Assembly: GCF_049472155.1 (NCBI RefSeq)
Contig: NZ_JBMOVW010000009.1
Coordinates: forward strand, 24,755-48,754
Reading direction: 5' to 3'
Length of the DNA: 24,000 nucleotides
Source: Arcobacter sp. YIC-310
GTDB lineage: Bacteria; Campylobacterota; Campylobacteria; Campylobacterales; Arcobacteraceae
In this document: in pieces, positions 7,204 to 16,115 of the stretch
Layout: each line of letters starts with the position of its first letter
Position numbering within the stretch: position 1 is the stretch's first letter
Made by a program: the position numbers and the translations under genes
Notes under the pieces: generated by a model
What the model was told of the DNA's origin: nothing
Seen by the model: only the letters and a program-made list of their open reading frames with translations
Databases searched by the model: none

Positions 7204-8289
7204 TTGGCAGAACTTTTAAAAAATGTATATACTAATAAGTACATACAAAATTTAGCAAAAGAGATTGAAGTTTTTTATAAAGATTTTGATAAACAGGCTT
7301 TTGAAACTTCTATTTTTAATCAAACTTGGAAAAACTTAGAATTAAAACAGAGAATGAGACATATAGCTATTTCTTTAAATAAGCATTTGCCTTTCTCTTA
7401 TGAAAAAAAATTAGAGGTTTTAAAACAAACATCACGTAGTTTTACTGGTTTTGAAGCTATGTTTTTTCAAGACTTTGTGGAAGTTTTTGGCTTAGAGGAT
7501 TTGGAAAACTCTTTGATGGCTTTAGAAATTTTTACAATTGATAGTAGTAGTGAATTTGCTATAAGAGCATTTATTTTAAAATATGAAGAAGAAACTTTAA
7601 AGCAAATGAGACTTTGGGCAAAGAGTGAAAATGAACATTTAAGAAGATTATCAAGTGAGGGATGTCGTCCAAGGCTTCCTTGGGGAGTGTCTCTTCCTCG
7701 ATTTAAAAATGATCCTTCAAAAGTTTTGGAAATAATTGAACTTCTTAAAAATGATGAGAGCAAATATGTTCAAAAAAGTGTTGCTAATAATTTAAATGAC
7801 ATATCAAAAGATAATCCAAATATAGTAATAGAATTTGTTTCTAAAAATCTTGGTAAAAATAAAAATCTTGATTGGATATGTAAGCATGCAAGTAGAACAC
7901 TACTTAAAAAAGGTGATATTAAAATATTAAAACTTTTTGGATATGAAGTAGCTTCTCATATAAACATAATAGATTTTAATTATGATTCTTGTGTAAAAAA
8001 AGAAGGTATATTTAATTTTTCTTTTAATCTTGAAAGTACTGATAAGTTAGGAAATATAAGAGTAGAATATGCTATTTATTATAAAAAAGCTAATGGTAAT
8101 TATTCTAAAAAAGTATTTATGATAAGTCAAAATGAACAAAAAACAAAAACTAAAAGCTTTGTTAAAAAGCAAAGTTTTAAAGACTTAACTACAAGAAAAC
8201 ACTATTTGGGAGAGCATTTTATCTCTATTATTTTAAATGGTGAAGAAAAAATAAAAAGGAGTTTTATTTTAAATGACACCAGCAATTAA
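7204..8289 (+). CDS. DNA alkylation repair protein (AlkC/AlkD-like HEAT-like-repeat glycosylase family) with an extra C-terminal domain
   Basis: The start is TTG at 7204 (in-frame TAA at 7198-7200), 10 nt after the upstream stop. The motif LRRLSSEGCRPRLPWGVSLPRFKNDPSKVLEIIELLKNDESKYVQKSVANNLNDISKDNPNIV is characteristic of the DNA_alkylation family. The approximately 130-aa C-terminal beta-rich tail fits the AlkC-type Ig-like domain. Confidence 0.7.
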   Translation: MAELLKNVYTNKYIQNLAKEIEVFYKDFDKQAFETSIFNQTWKNLELKQRMRHIAISLNKHLPFSYEKKLEVLKQTSRSFTGFEAMFFQDFVEVFGLEDLENSLMALEIFTIDSSSEFAIRAFILKYEEETLKQMRLWAKSENEHLRRLSSEGCRPRLPWGVSLPRFKNDPSKVLEIIELLKNDESKYVQKSVANNLNDISKDNPNIVIEFVSKNLGKNKNLDWICKHASRTLLKKGDIKILKLFGYEVASHINIIDFNYDSCVKKEGIFNFSFNLESTDKLGNIRVEYAIYYKKANGNYSKKVFMISQNEQKTKTKSFVKKQSFKDLTTRKHYLGEHFISIILNGEEKIKRSFILNDTSN

Positions 8290-8740
8290 TTTACTTAAAA
8301 AAAATAAATGTGAATTTAAAATACATAAGTATGACCATGATCCTGCTTGTGAAAACTATGGGCAAGAAGCAGCCCAAAAATTAAATCTTGATGAAAACCA
8401 AGTTTTTAAGACACTTTTAGTTGAATTATCACCAAAAGAGTTAGTAGTTGCAGTTCTTCCTGTTTCAAAGCAGCTAAATTTAAAAGAAGTAGCAAATGCT
8501 TTTAAAACTAAAAAAGCTGTGATGGCAAATAAGCAAGAAGCTCAAAAAGTAACAGGATATTTACTTGGAGGAATATCTCCTTTAGGGCAGAAAAAAAGAT
8601 TAAAAACTGTTATTGATGAAAGTGCAAAAAGCTATCAAACTATCTTTGTAAGTGGTGGTAAGAGAGGTTTAGATATTGAAGTAAACCCTAAAGATTTAAT
8701 CAAGCTTTTAAATGCACATTTTTTTAAGGTTACATCCTAG
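8273..8740 (+). CDS. ybaK: Cys-tRNA(Pro)/Cys-tRNA(Cys) deacylase YbaK
   Basis: MTPAINLLKKNKCEFKIHKYDHDP...FKTLLVEL...VVAVLPVSKQLNLKEVA...TGYLLGGISPLGQKKRLKTVIDES...IFVSGGKRGLDIEV is full-length collinear with YbaK. The gene overlaps the upstream gene by 17 nt. Confidence 0.9.
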   Translation: MTPAINLLKKNKCEFKIHKYDHDPACENYGQEAAQKLNLDENQVFKTLLVELSPKELVVAVLPVSKQLNLKEVANAFKTKKAVMANKQEAQKVTGYLLGGISPLGQKKRLKTVIDESAKSYQTIFVSGGKRGLDIEVNPKDLIKLLNAHFFKVTS

Positions 8741-8845
8741 TAACAAATATATTATTTTTTTATAAAAAACCCAAGCTTTTAATCATTTCTTAACTTATAA
8801 AGAGTAAGATATTATAAAATAACTTAATAAGAAAAGGAAAAATTG

Positions 8846-11800
8846 ATGGCTAATTCGGATATGCAAGCAATTTGTTCACAACTTTTAACACCTGATGATT
8901 TAGCAGTTAGCGATGAGCTTTTTGAAGAGGTTTTAAAAGAAGGGATTGTTTCTAAAATTTTAGATGGAAAAGATACAAAATATATAAAAATCTTTTCTAC
9001 AAAAAAACTATTTTTATCTCATATAACTCCTTTATTGCATAATATTGGCTTTGAAATTATTGATGAAGTTACATATAATGTTTCACATAATAATAAAGAG
9101 ATTTATATTTCAAGATTTAACTTGAATGTTCCTGATATTTCAAAATTAGAAGAAGCCAAAGATAACTTAGAATATGTTATTGCTAGTAGTTTAAAAGATT
9201 CAAATATTAAGCATTCTAAGGCATTTTGTTTAGTATATAAGCAAAATTTATCAATAAAAAAAATAAAACTTTTAAGAGCCTTTATAGAGTATATAGATCA
9301 AGCAGTACTTACTATAAATTCTGCAACTATTTTAAACACACTTACAAAGCATGATAGATTAGCTTGTATGTTTGTTAAGTATTTTATAACGAAATTTGAT
9401 CCAAATTTAAAAGATAGAAAAAAAGAATTAACTTTAATTGAAGAAAAAATAAAAGATGAAATTAAAGCAATTCCTCAAATTATTGATGACAAAGTTTTAA
9501 ATATTACATTCTTATTTTTAAAATCACTTTTAAGAACAAATTATTTTTTAGATAAAGAGACTATTTCTTTTAAAATTGATACAAGAACTTTTGGTAAAGA
9601 CTTAAGAGGTTTACAACCAAATTTTGAAAACTTTATCTATCATCAAGATTTTTATGGGGTTCACTTAAGAATGTCAAAGGTATCAAGAGGTGGTCTTAGA
9701 TGGTCAGATAGACATGATGATTATAGACAAGAGATTAAATCTTTAATGATTACGCAAGAAGGTAAAAACTCTATTATTATACCTGATGGTTCAAAAGGTG
9801 GTTTTGTAATCAATAAAAATACTGCTGATATTACAAAAGAGTTTTTTACTTATGTTTATTCTGAGTTTATTAATGCAAACCTTGATTTAGTTGATAATAT
9901 GGTAGATGGAGAAGTTGTTAAAAATAATGATATAGTTGCTTATGATGGTGATGATCCATATTTTGTAGTTGCTGCTGATAAGGGAACTGCTGCAATGAGT
10001 GATGTGGCAAATAATATAGCAATAAGTAGAAACTATTGGTTAGGTGATGCTTTTGCTAGTGGTGGTAGTAATGGATATGGACATAAAGATTTAGGAATTA
10101 CAGCACGTGGTTCTATCATGTCTACTAAGAGGTTTTTTATTGAAGAAGGTATTGATATTTACAAAGATGAAGTTTCAGTTGTAGGAATTGGTTCTATGAG
10201 TGGAGATGTTTTTGGAAATGGAATGATTGAATCTGAAAAATTTAAACTTCTTGCTGCTATTTCTCACAGTGATATATTTATTGATCCAAATCCTGACTTA
10301 AAGGTATCTTTTAAAGAGAGAAAAAGACTTTTTGAGTCAAAAAATGGTGGTTGGAAAAACTATGATACAAAACTTATTTCTAAAGGTGGAGGAGTATTCA
10401 AAAGAAGTGATAAAGAAATAAATCTTTCATCTGAAATAAAAAAACTATTAGGAACTACTAAAAAAGTAATTTCAGGAGAGGAATTATGTCGTAGGTTATT
10501 AACACTTGAAGTAGATATGTTATTTAATGGTGGAGTTGGAACTTATGTAAAAGCAAGTGATGAAAATAATTTAGATTTAGGTGATAAACAAAATGAAGCA
10601 GTAAGAGTTGATGCAAATGAAATTAAAGCAAAAATAGTATGTGAAGGTGGAAATCTAGGATTTACTCAAAGAGCAAGAATAGAGTATGCTTTAACTGGTG
10701 GAAGAATTCATCAAGATGCAATTGATAATGCAGCAGGAGTTAATACATCAGATCATGAAGTAAATTTAAAAATTTTACTTAATAGTATAAAAGCACAAGG
10801 AGTTTTAACACAAAAGCAAGTTCAAGAAACACTTTATTCTTTAACAGATCAAGTTGTAGATATGGTTTTACAAAATAACTATGATCAAGCTTTTGTAATT
10901 TCAATAGATGAACATTTTTCAAGAAAATATTTAAATGATTTTATAAAAACTATAGAGGTATTAGAAAATAATGTTGAAGCATTTAATAGAAGAGATTTCT
11001 ATATTCCTAAAAATGAAAATATTAGTGAAATAGTAGATATACATGGTTCAATTGTAAGACCAGTGTTAGGTTCTTTATTATCTTACAGTAAAATTTTTGT
11101 TAAAAAAATATTATTAGAATCAAATTTAATTGATGAACAATTTGCTCAACAATATTTATACAGATATTTCCCTAAATCTTTTGTTGGTGCTTATGAACAT
11201 GATATTTCTACTCATCCACTAAAAAGAGAAATAATAGCTACAATGATGGCAGATATTATTATAAATTCTCAAGGGTGTACTTTTGTAAGTGATTTTGAAA
11301 AGTTAGGTATTGATAAGTTTTTATTAAAAATCAAATCTTATCTAATAATAAAACAGCTATTTGGGGCTAGAGTAATTAGACAAAAAATCTATAATCAAGA
11401 TTATGTAATGAGTGTAGAAAAACAGTATAAGCTTATAAATAAACTAGAGTATACTTTATATGCAAGTACAAGATGGATGTTAAAGTACCTAAATAAAAAT
11501 CAGTTAGATTCTTCACATATTTTAGATCATAAAGAAGAACTATTTAGGCTATTATCTGAAGTTCATAACCAAAAAATAGAAGTTTTAATTCAAAATGATG
11601 CTGATTTTAATCAGTTTTTCTCAGTAATTGATTATTTAAGATTTGCTATTGCTGCTATCATGATTAAAGAAGATACTCATCATACATTTAAAGATGTAAT
11701 TATTTTATTCTATTCATTAATTCATGAGTTTAATATTTTAGAAATTGTAATTGCTTTAAATAGGGTAAAAATAACAAATAAAAGTGATATGACATTAAGA

Positions 11801-12031
11801 AATCAAGTCTTACAGTTTATAGATTTTATTGTTGTTCATTATACAAAAAGAGTTTTAGAGTTTAAAAGAGTAAATGAAGAACCTGATACTGCTTTTGCTA
11901 ATTTTGTTACAAATGAAAAAGATATTTTTTATAAAGTAAGAGCTCATTTGGATACTTTTATGGCAAAAGAAACAAAGGATATAAAAGATATAGCTATTAC
12001 TGTTAATCAATTAATGGTTTCATTAATATAA
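8846..12031 (+). CDS. gdh: NAD-specific glutamate dehydrogenase, large (Bac_GDH) type, about 1061 aa
   Basis: The ATG at 8846 is preferred, with AAGGAAAA upstream (the track uses the TTG at 8843). The catalytic-core motifs VSRGGLRWSDRHDDYRQEIKSLMITQEGKNSIIIPDGSKGGF, VVAADKGTA, GYGHKDLGITARG, GSMSGDVFGNGM, EGGNLGFTQRARIEY and DAIDNAAGVNTSDHEVNLKILL match the large NAD-GDH family. Confidence 0.9.
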   Translation: MANSDMQAICSQLLTPDDLAVSDELFEEVLKEGIVSKILDGKDTKYIKIFSTKKLFLSHITPLLHNIGFEIIDEVTYNVSHNNKEIYISRFNLNVPDISKLEEAKDNLEYVIASSLKDSNIKHSKAFCLVYKQNLSIKKIKLLRAFIEYIDQAVLTINSATILNTLTKHDRLACMFVKYFITKFDPNLKDRKKELTLIEEKIKDEIKAIPQIIDDKVLNITFLFLKSLLRTNYFLDKETISFKIDTRTFGKDLRGLQPNFENFIYHQDFYGVHLRMSKVSRGGLRWSDRHDDYRQEIKSLMITQEGKNSIIIPDGSKGGFVINKNTADITKEFFTYVYSEFINANLDLVDNMVDGEVVKNNDIVAYDGDDPYFVVAADKGTAAMSDVANNIAISRNYWLGDAFASGGSNGYGHKDLGITARGSIMSTKRFFIEEGIDIYKDEVSVVGIGSMSGDVFGNGMIESEKFKLLAAISHSDIFIDPNPDLKVSFKERKRLFESKNGGWKNYDTKLISKGGGVFKRSDKEINLSSEIKKLLGTTKKVISGEELCRRLLTLEVDMLFNGGVGTYVKASDENNLDLGDKQNEAVRVDANEIKAKIVCEGGNLGFTQRARIEYALTGGRIHQDAIDNAAGVNTSDHEVNLKILLNSIKAQGVLTQKQVQETLYSLTDQVVDMVLQNNYDQAFVISIDEHFSRKYLNDFIKTIEVLENNVEAFNRRDFYIPKNENISEIVDIHGSIVRPVLGSLLSYSKIFVKKILLESNLIDEQFAQQYLYRYFPKSFVGAYEHDISTHPLKREIIATMMADIIINSQGCTFVSDFEKLGIDKFLLKIKSYLIIKQLFGARVIRQKIYNQDYVMSVEKQYKLINKLEYTLYASTRWMLKYLNKNQLDSSHILDHKEELFRLLSEVHNQKIEVLIQNDADFNQFFSVIDYLRFAIAAIMIKEDTHHTFKDVIILFYSLIHEFNILEIVIALNRVKITNKSDMTLRNQVLQFIDFIVVHYTKRVLEFKRVNEEPDTAFANFVTNEKDIFYKVRAHLDTFMAKETKDIKDIAITVNQLMVSLI

Positions 12032-12108
12032 TATTAACTTATAATTAACATTTGTTTGTTAAAATAAAATTAGTTATACTTATATGAAGTAAATGAAAGG
12101 ATTTAATT

Positions 12109-12321
12109 ATGGAAAAAAAAGATTTCGATGATGAATTAAGTATGGATAAGATAGATGACTACAATGGCAATGAGTCTGAAGAAAAAAGAAATACAGTAAG
12201 AAATGTAATAATTATTTTATTAATAGTTGGAGCAGTTTTTGCGTATTTTAAAAGCACGTCTATACCAGATGATTATGTAGGCACAAGTGAAAATCCAGGA
12301 ATAAACACAAGTAAAAAATAA
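12109..12321 (+). CDS. Hypothetical small membrane protein (70 aa; acidic N-terminus, one TM helix)
   Basis: AAAGGA lies 8 nt upstream of the ATG. The TM helix is VIIILLIVGAVFAYF. The stop is 7 nt before the next gene, which suggests an operon. I recognised no family. Confidence 0.5.
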   Translation: MEKKDFDDELSMDKIDDYNGNESEEKRNTVRNVIIILLIVGAVFAYFKSTSIPDDYVGTSENPGINTSKK

Positions 12322-12328
12322 GGTAAAT

Positions 12329-13639
12329 ATGACACAGTTTTATGATTTTTTTAAATATCATCAAGAAACAAAACATTCTTATTATTCTGTTAGGGCTTTC
12401 CCTAACAGGCTTGATTGGAATAATCAACCAAGTACATTTAAAAACTATCCAAAAGAATATGAACGTATTGATATAAATACAAATTTAGATAATCACAATT
12501 TTTTATATTTAACAGCAGGTATAAACGCTAAAAAAGTATATCCAGGTGTTGAATACTTTTTAAGAATTAACCCAAGTGCTGGAGCTCTTTATCCAAATGA
12601 AATTTATTTTCAAGCTAGAAATGAAGAAGGTTTTGAAGATGGTATTTATCATTTTGAAGTAAGCTCTTCAAGTGCAACTTTACTTTATAAATTAAATAAA
12701 GAAGAGGGGATAGAAGCAAACCTAAATTTGGATAAAAGTTATAATGGTTTTATATTTTTTATATCTTCAATTTATTTTAGATCTTCATGGAAATATAAAA
12801 ATAGAGCTTTTAGGTATTGTTTATTAGATGCTGGACATATTTTAGGTTCTCTTGAAGCTTCATCATATCTTTATAATAAAAGTTTTTCTATTCTTTATGA
12901 TTTTGATAGGAATAAAATAAATAAACTTTTTAATTTTGATAATAAAGAGTTTTTTACTTCAATTGTTTTGTGTGGGAAGGTTTTTGATGAATTAAAAAAA
13001 CCTTTGTCTTTGAATCTTCCTAGGGTAGATGGTCATAAAACAAATGAAAATAATAGTGATGATATTTTTGAAAAAAATGAATTAATTGAAAATGCCTATA
13101 AACTCTCATCTAAAATAAATAATAAAATAGTACAATTAGGAAAACCAAACTTTATTTATAATAAAGAGCTTTTTAAAGAGACTATTTTTAAAAGAAGATC
13201 TATACGAGAATTCTCAAATAAGTCTATTTCAAAAGCTCAGTATGAATCTATAATAAATATATTAAATCAAATAATCAGCTCTGATTGTGATGAGAAAATT
13301 GATATTTTTTATGTAATAAATAGGGTAGAAAATATGCCTATTGGTTTATATAAAAATAAAAAACTTATAAAGCAAGGTGATTTTAAATCAAAAGCTGGAT
13401 ATCTATGTCTTGAACAAGATTTAGGAAAAAGTAGTGCAATTACTTTTTACTTAACTTCAAAAGATAAAAACTATCAAGCTTTATATCAAAAAGCAGGTAT
13501 TCTTGGTCATAGGTTATATCTTGCTTGTAATTACTTAAAGATATCTTGTAGTGGGATAGGTGCTTATTATGATGATGAAGTTTGTGAGTTTATAGATGAA
13601 AACTGTATGGTTTTATATTCATTAGCTATTGGTAATTAA
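12329..13639 (+). CDS. SagB/ThcOx-type dehydrogenase (tandem nitroreductase-fold protein)
   Basis: The N-terminus YHQETKHSYYSVRAFPNRLDWNNQPSTFKNYP and LYLTAGINAKKVYPGVEYFLRINPSAGALYPNEIYF form the SagB-type dehydrogenase domain signature. The second half (RRSIREFSNKSIS...LGHRLYLACNYLKISCSGIGAYYDDEV) is a second nitroreductase-like domain. Confidence 0.8.
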   Translation: MTQFYDFFKYHQETKHSYYSVRAFPNRLDWNNQPSTFKNYPKEYERIDINTNLDNHNFLYLTAGINAKKVYPGVEYFLRINPSAGALYPNEIYFQARNEEGFEDGIYHFEVSSSSATLLYKLNKEEGIEANLNLDKSYNGFIFFISSIYFRSSWKYKNRAFRYCLLDAGHILGSLEASSYLYNKSFSILYDFDRNKINKLFNFDNKEFFTSIVLCGKVFDELKKPLSLNLPRVDGHKTNENNSDDIFEKNELIENAYKLSSKINNKIVQLGKPNFIYNKELFKETIFKRRSIREFSNKSISKAQYESIINILNQIISSDCDEKIDIFYVINRVENMPIGLYKNKKLIKQGDFKSKAGYLCLEQDLGKSSAITFYLTSKDKNYQALYQKAGILGHRLYLACNYLKISCSGIGAYYDDEVCEFIDENCMVLYSLAIGN

Positions 13640-13651
13640 GGAAAAAAAAGA

Positions 13652-14326
13652 ATGGATAAAATTAGAATACTTTTAATTGAAGATGAGAAAATGATAGCTG
13701 AAAATCTTAAATCAGTTATTGAAAATTTTGGATATGAAGTAGTTGATATTGTTGATACAGCAGAAGAGGCTTTGGAAGTTGCTTTTGATACAAATATAGA
13801 TGTTGTTGTTTCTGATATTGAAATTAGAGGTTTAACAGATGGAATTGAAGTTTCAAAAATATTACAAAATACATATAATTTACCAATTATTTTTACAACA
13901 GCTTATAATGATGAAGAAAAAATCAAAAGAGCTTCTGATGTTGTAAATATGGTAGGATATTTAGTAAAACCAATAAGAATTGATGAATTAGATACTATGA
14001 TTAAAATCGCTATTTCAAAATATCAAATCTTAGAAAAAAGAAAAATGAAAAACATAAATGATGTATACAAATATGATTTTGAGAATAAAAAGATATATGA
14101 AGGTGATGAAGAGATTGTCCTTACTAGAAATGAAAGTATTTTATTATCATTACTTATTAATTCAATGGGTGGAATCTTAGAGTATGAAGCTGTAAATACT
14201 GCTATTTGGAAAGATAAAAAAGGTTCTGATGTAGCAAGAAGACAGTTAATTCATAGACTAAAATCAAAATTAGAAAAAATAGATATTGCTTCTGAAAAGG
14301 GAGTTGGAATTTATATAAAAGCATAA
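13652..14326 (+). CDS. Two-component response regulator, REC plus OmpR/PhoB-type winged-helix domain (no cognate kinase in window)
   Basis: REC motifs: IRILLIEDE, DVVVSDIEI (putative phospho-Asp), IIFTTAY, GYLVKP. C-terminal motifs: LTRNESILLSLLINSMGGILEYEAVNTAIW...ARRQLIHRLKSKL. AAGGA is the RBS. The gene starts 12 nt after the upstream stop. Confidence 0.9.
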   Translation: MDKIRILLIEDEKMIAENLKSVIENFGYEVVDIVDTAEEALEVAFDTNIDVVVSDIEIRGLTDGIEVSKILQNTYNLPIIFTTAYNDEEKIKRASDVVNMVGYLVKPIRIDELDTMIKIAISKYQILEKRKMKNINDVYKYDFENKKIYEGDEEIVLTRNESILLSLLINSMGGILEYEAVNTAIWKDKKGSDVARRQLIHRLKSKLEKIDIASEKGVGIYIKA

Positions 14327-14350
14327 GATTTTATATCTTATGCTTTTTTT
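14317..14350. terminator. Bidirectional rho-independent terminator between convergent genes
   Basis: GCATAAGAT (14321-14329) and ATCTTATGC (14335-14343) form a perfect 9-bp stem with a 5-nt loop. It is flanked by AAAA upstream and a T-run (14344-14352) downstream. Confidence 0.8.
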
Positions 14351-14785
14351 TTAAGCTTCGTTAGTATTCATCATCCAAATAGAGAAGATGTCAAGATAAT
14401 TCCAAAAAGATTTTTTTAACTCTTCTGGCATATCATGTTGTGCTAAAACCATTGCATAAGATTCAAGCCATACTCTTCTAGCTTCTGGATTGATTTTAAA
14501 AGGTGCATGTCTTGCTGCCATCATAGGCTGTCCTCTTTTTTGATTAAAATATTGTGGCCCACCACAGATTTGAATAAAGAAGTCTGCTGAGTGTTCTTTT
14601 GCTTTAGCAAAACCTTCATCTGTTGGTGGGAAAAGTCCTTTGATATTACTTTGTCTTAGTAAATCATAATGATCTGATACAAGTTTTCTCATACCTTCTT
14701 CACCAAGATACTCTAATACAGCATGACTTGGTTTCTCTACAGGAGGTCTAGTACCTACTTGTGCTGGTGTTATATTAAATTCCAT
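14351..14785 (-). CDS. Truncated haemoglobin / bacterial-like globin (group-II-like trHb)
   Basis: FFIQICGGPQYFNQKRGQPMMAARHAPFKINPEARRVWLESYAMVL matches the trHb-II (GlbO/YjbI-like) core pattern GGP..Y....G.P.L...H.PF.I......W. Confidence 0.75.
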   Translation of the reverse strand: MEFNITPAQVGTRPPVEKPSHAVLEYLGEEGMRKLVSDHYDLLRQSNIKGLFPPTDEGFAKAKEHSADFFIQICGGPQYFNQKRGQPMMAARHAPFKINPEARRVWLESYAMVLAQHDMPEELKKSFWNYLDIFSIWMMNTNEA

Positions 14786-14935
14786 TTTTGTAACCTTTGA
14801 AAAATTAAAATTGTTTATATTTATGCTTTATAGCGAAGTAATAATACTATGCAAAAGTAAAATACTCACTTAAAAGTATTAAAGCACTAAAAAGATTATT
14901 ATGTTAAAATATAACAATAAAAAAATAGGCCAACA

Positions 14936-15535
14936 ATGTCAATAGATACAAAAAATATAGTTGAATGTTATGGGTGTGGACTTTTTGTAGAAAAAAGAAA
15001 GAAAACCTGGGATAAAAAAATCAAATGTCCTAGATGTTCAAGCAAACTTTCAATTGAAAATAATCATAGTTTAGATTCACTATTTTATGCTATATCTGCA
15101 CTTTTACTTTTTGTACTTTTAAATATCTATCCACTTATAAGTTTGGATATAAATAATTCACATCTAAAATCAACATTATATGATACTATTTTGACTTTAT
15201 TTGAGCAAAATCTTTTTTTTGTTGCTTTAATAGTCTTTTTTACTATTTTTTTAGCTCCGGTTTTAAATTCGATTATAATAATATTTTCATTTATTCAAAT
15301 TCATACAAATATTAAATTATTTACAAATACTTTATTGCATGATAGTTTAAACTTTTTTAAGCATTGGGGGTTTATTGAAGTTTTTATTATAAGTGTGATT
15401 GTAACTTATATTAAATTAGTAGGAATGGCAGATAGTACAAGGTTTGATTTAGGTTTTTATGTAATGCTTTTATATTTATTTTGTTTATATATGTCAAATA
15501 TAAAGTTTGATGGAAGGGAAGTTTTTGAAGAATAA
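14936..15535 (+). CDS. PqiA/LetA-family integral membrane protein, N-terminal-half equivalent (split gene 1 of 2)
   Basis: Zn-ribbon-like CYGCG...(17 aa)...CPRCSSKL is followed by multiple TM helices. At 199 aa it is about half the length of E. coli PqiA/YebS. Confidence 0.85.
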   Translation: MSIDTKNIVECYGCGLFVEKRKKTWDKKIKCPRCSSKLSIENNHSLDSLFYAISALLLFVLLNIYPLISLDINNSHLKSTLYDTILTLFEQNLFFVALIVFFTIFLAPVLNSIIIIFSFIQIHTNIKLFTNTLLHDSLNFFKHWGFIEVFIISVIVTYIKLVGMADSTRFDLGFYVMLLYLFCLYMSNIKFDGREVFEE

Positions 15536-16115
15536 GTGTTTAATTTCATGTAAAAACTGCCATAAAGTTTTCGAAAAGCCAAATTATGATAATTTTGTAT
15601 GTGATAGATGTGGTCATATTGTAAGAAAAAGAATATATCACTCTTTACAAATATCACTAGCCTTAGTTATAAGTGCTATACTTTTATATATTCCAGCTAT
15701 GGTTTATCCAATGATGGAAATTACTAAATTTGGGGTAACAACACAAAGCACTATTTTAGAAGGTGTTATTAGTTTTTTAGAATATGAAAACTATTTTATA
15801 GCAGCAGTTGTTTTTATCGCTAGTGTAGTTATTCCTGTTATTAAACTTATTGGTTTATTGCTGATTTTTTCTACTTTAAAAGTACGTGTAAAAATGAGTA
15901 ATAAAACAAAACTTTTCATATTTAAGTTTATTGAGATTATAGGAAAATGGTCAATGATTGATATTTATGTTGTTGCTATTATGGCATCAATAGTTCAAAT
16001 GGATCAACTTTTTAATATCAAAGGAGGAATTGCTGCAACCTCTTTTGCTTTAGTAGTGGTAATTACAATGATAGCTGCATATAGATTTGATACAAGGATA
16101 ATTTGGGATGAGTAG
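15510..16115 (+). CDS. PqiA/LetA-family integral membrane protein, C-terminal-half equivalent (split gene 2 of 2)
   Basis: It has its own Zn-ribbon-like motif CKNCH...(12 aa)...CDRCGH and TM helices, and contains WSMIDIYVVAIM (PqiA motif). The start is ATG at 15510 (TTG at 15507), overlapping the upstream gene by 26-29 nt in another frame. Confidence 0.85.
   Translation: MEGKFLKNKCLISCKNCHKVFEKPNYDNFVCDRCGHIVRKRIYHSLQISLALVISAILLYIPAMVYPMMEITKFGVTTQSTILEGVISFLEYENYFIAAVVFIASVVIPVIKLIGLLLIFSTLKVRVKMSNKTKLFIFKFIEIIGKWSMIDIYVVAIMASIVQMDQLFNIKGGIAATSFALVVVITMIAAYRFDTRIIWDE

Noticed and set aside
12109-13639. A TOMM/RiPP (thiazole/oxazole-modified peptide) cluster, with the 70-aa ORF as precursor and the SagB-like protein as dehydrogenase.
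   Set aside because: There is no YcaO cyclodehydratase or E1-like/ocin-ThiF docking protein in the window. The small protein has no Cys residues and no Cys/Ser/Thr-rich core, and it contains a TM helix. These features are atypical of a precursor peptide.
14843-14880. AATACT-N8-AGTATT as a defined operator for globin or let regulation.
   Set aside because: The arms are only 6 bp in about 80% AT DNA. The site does not match the FNR/NssR-type consensus I know, so it could easily occur by chance. I mention it only as context.
15457-15540. The split of pqiA/letA as a frameshift pseudogene.
   Set aside because: I cannot exclude it. However, both halves have intact zinc-ribbon-like motifs, plausible start codons and full-length hydrophobic regions. 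The overlap resembles ordinary translational coupling, so I report them as two genes and flag the question in the findings.
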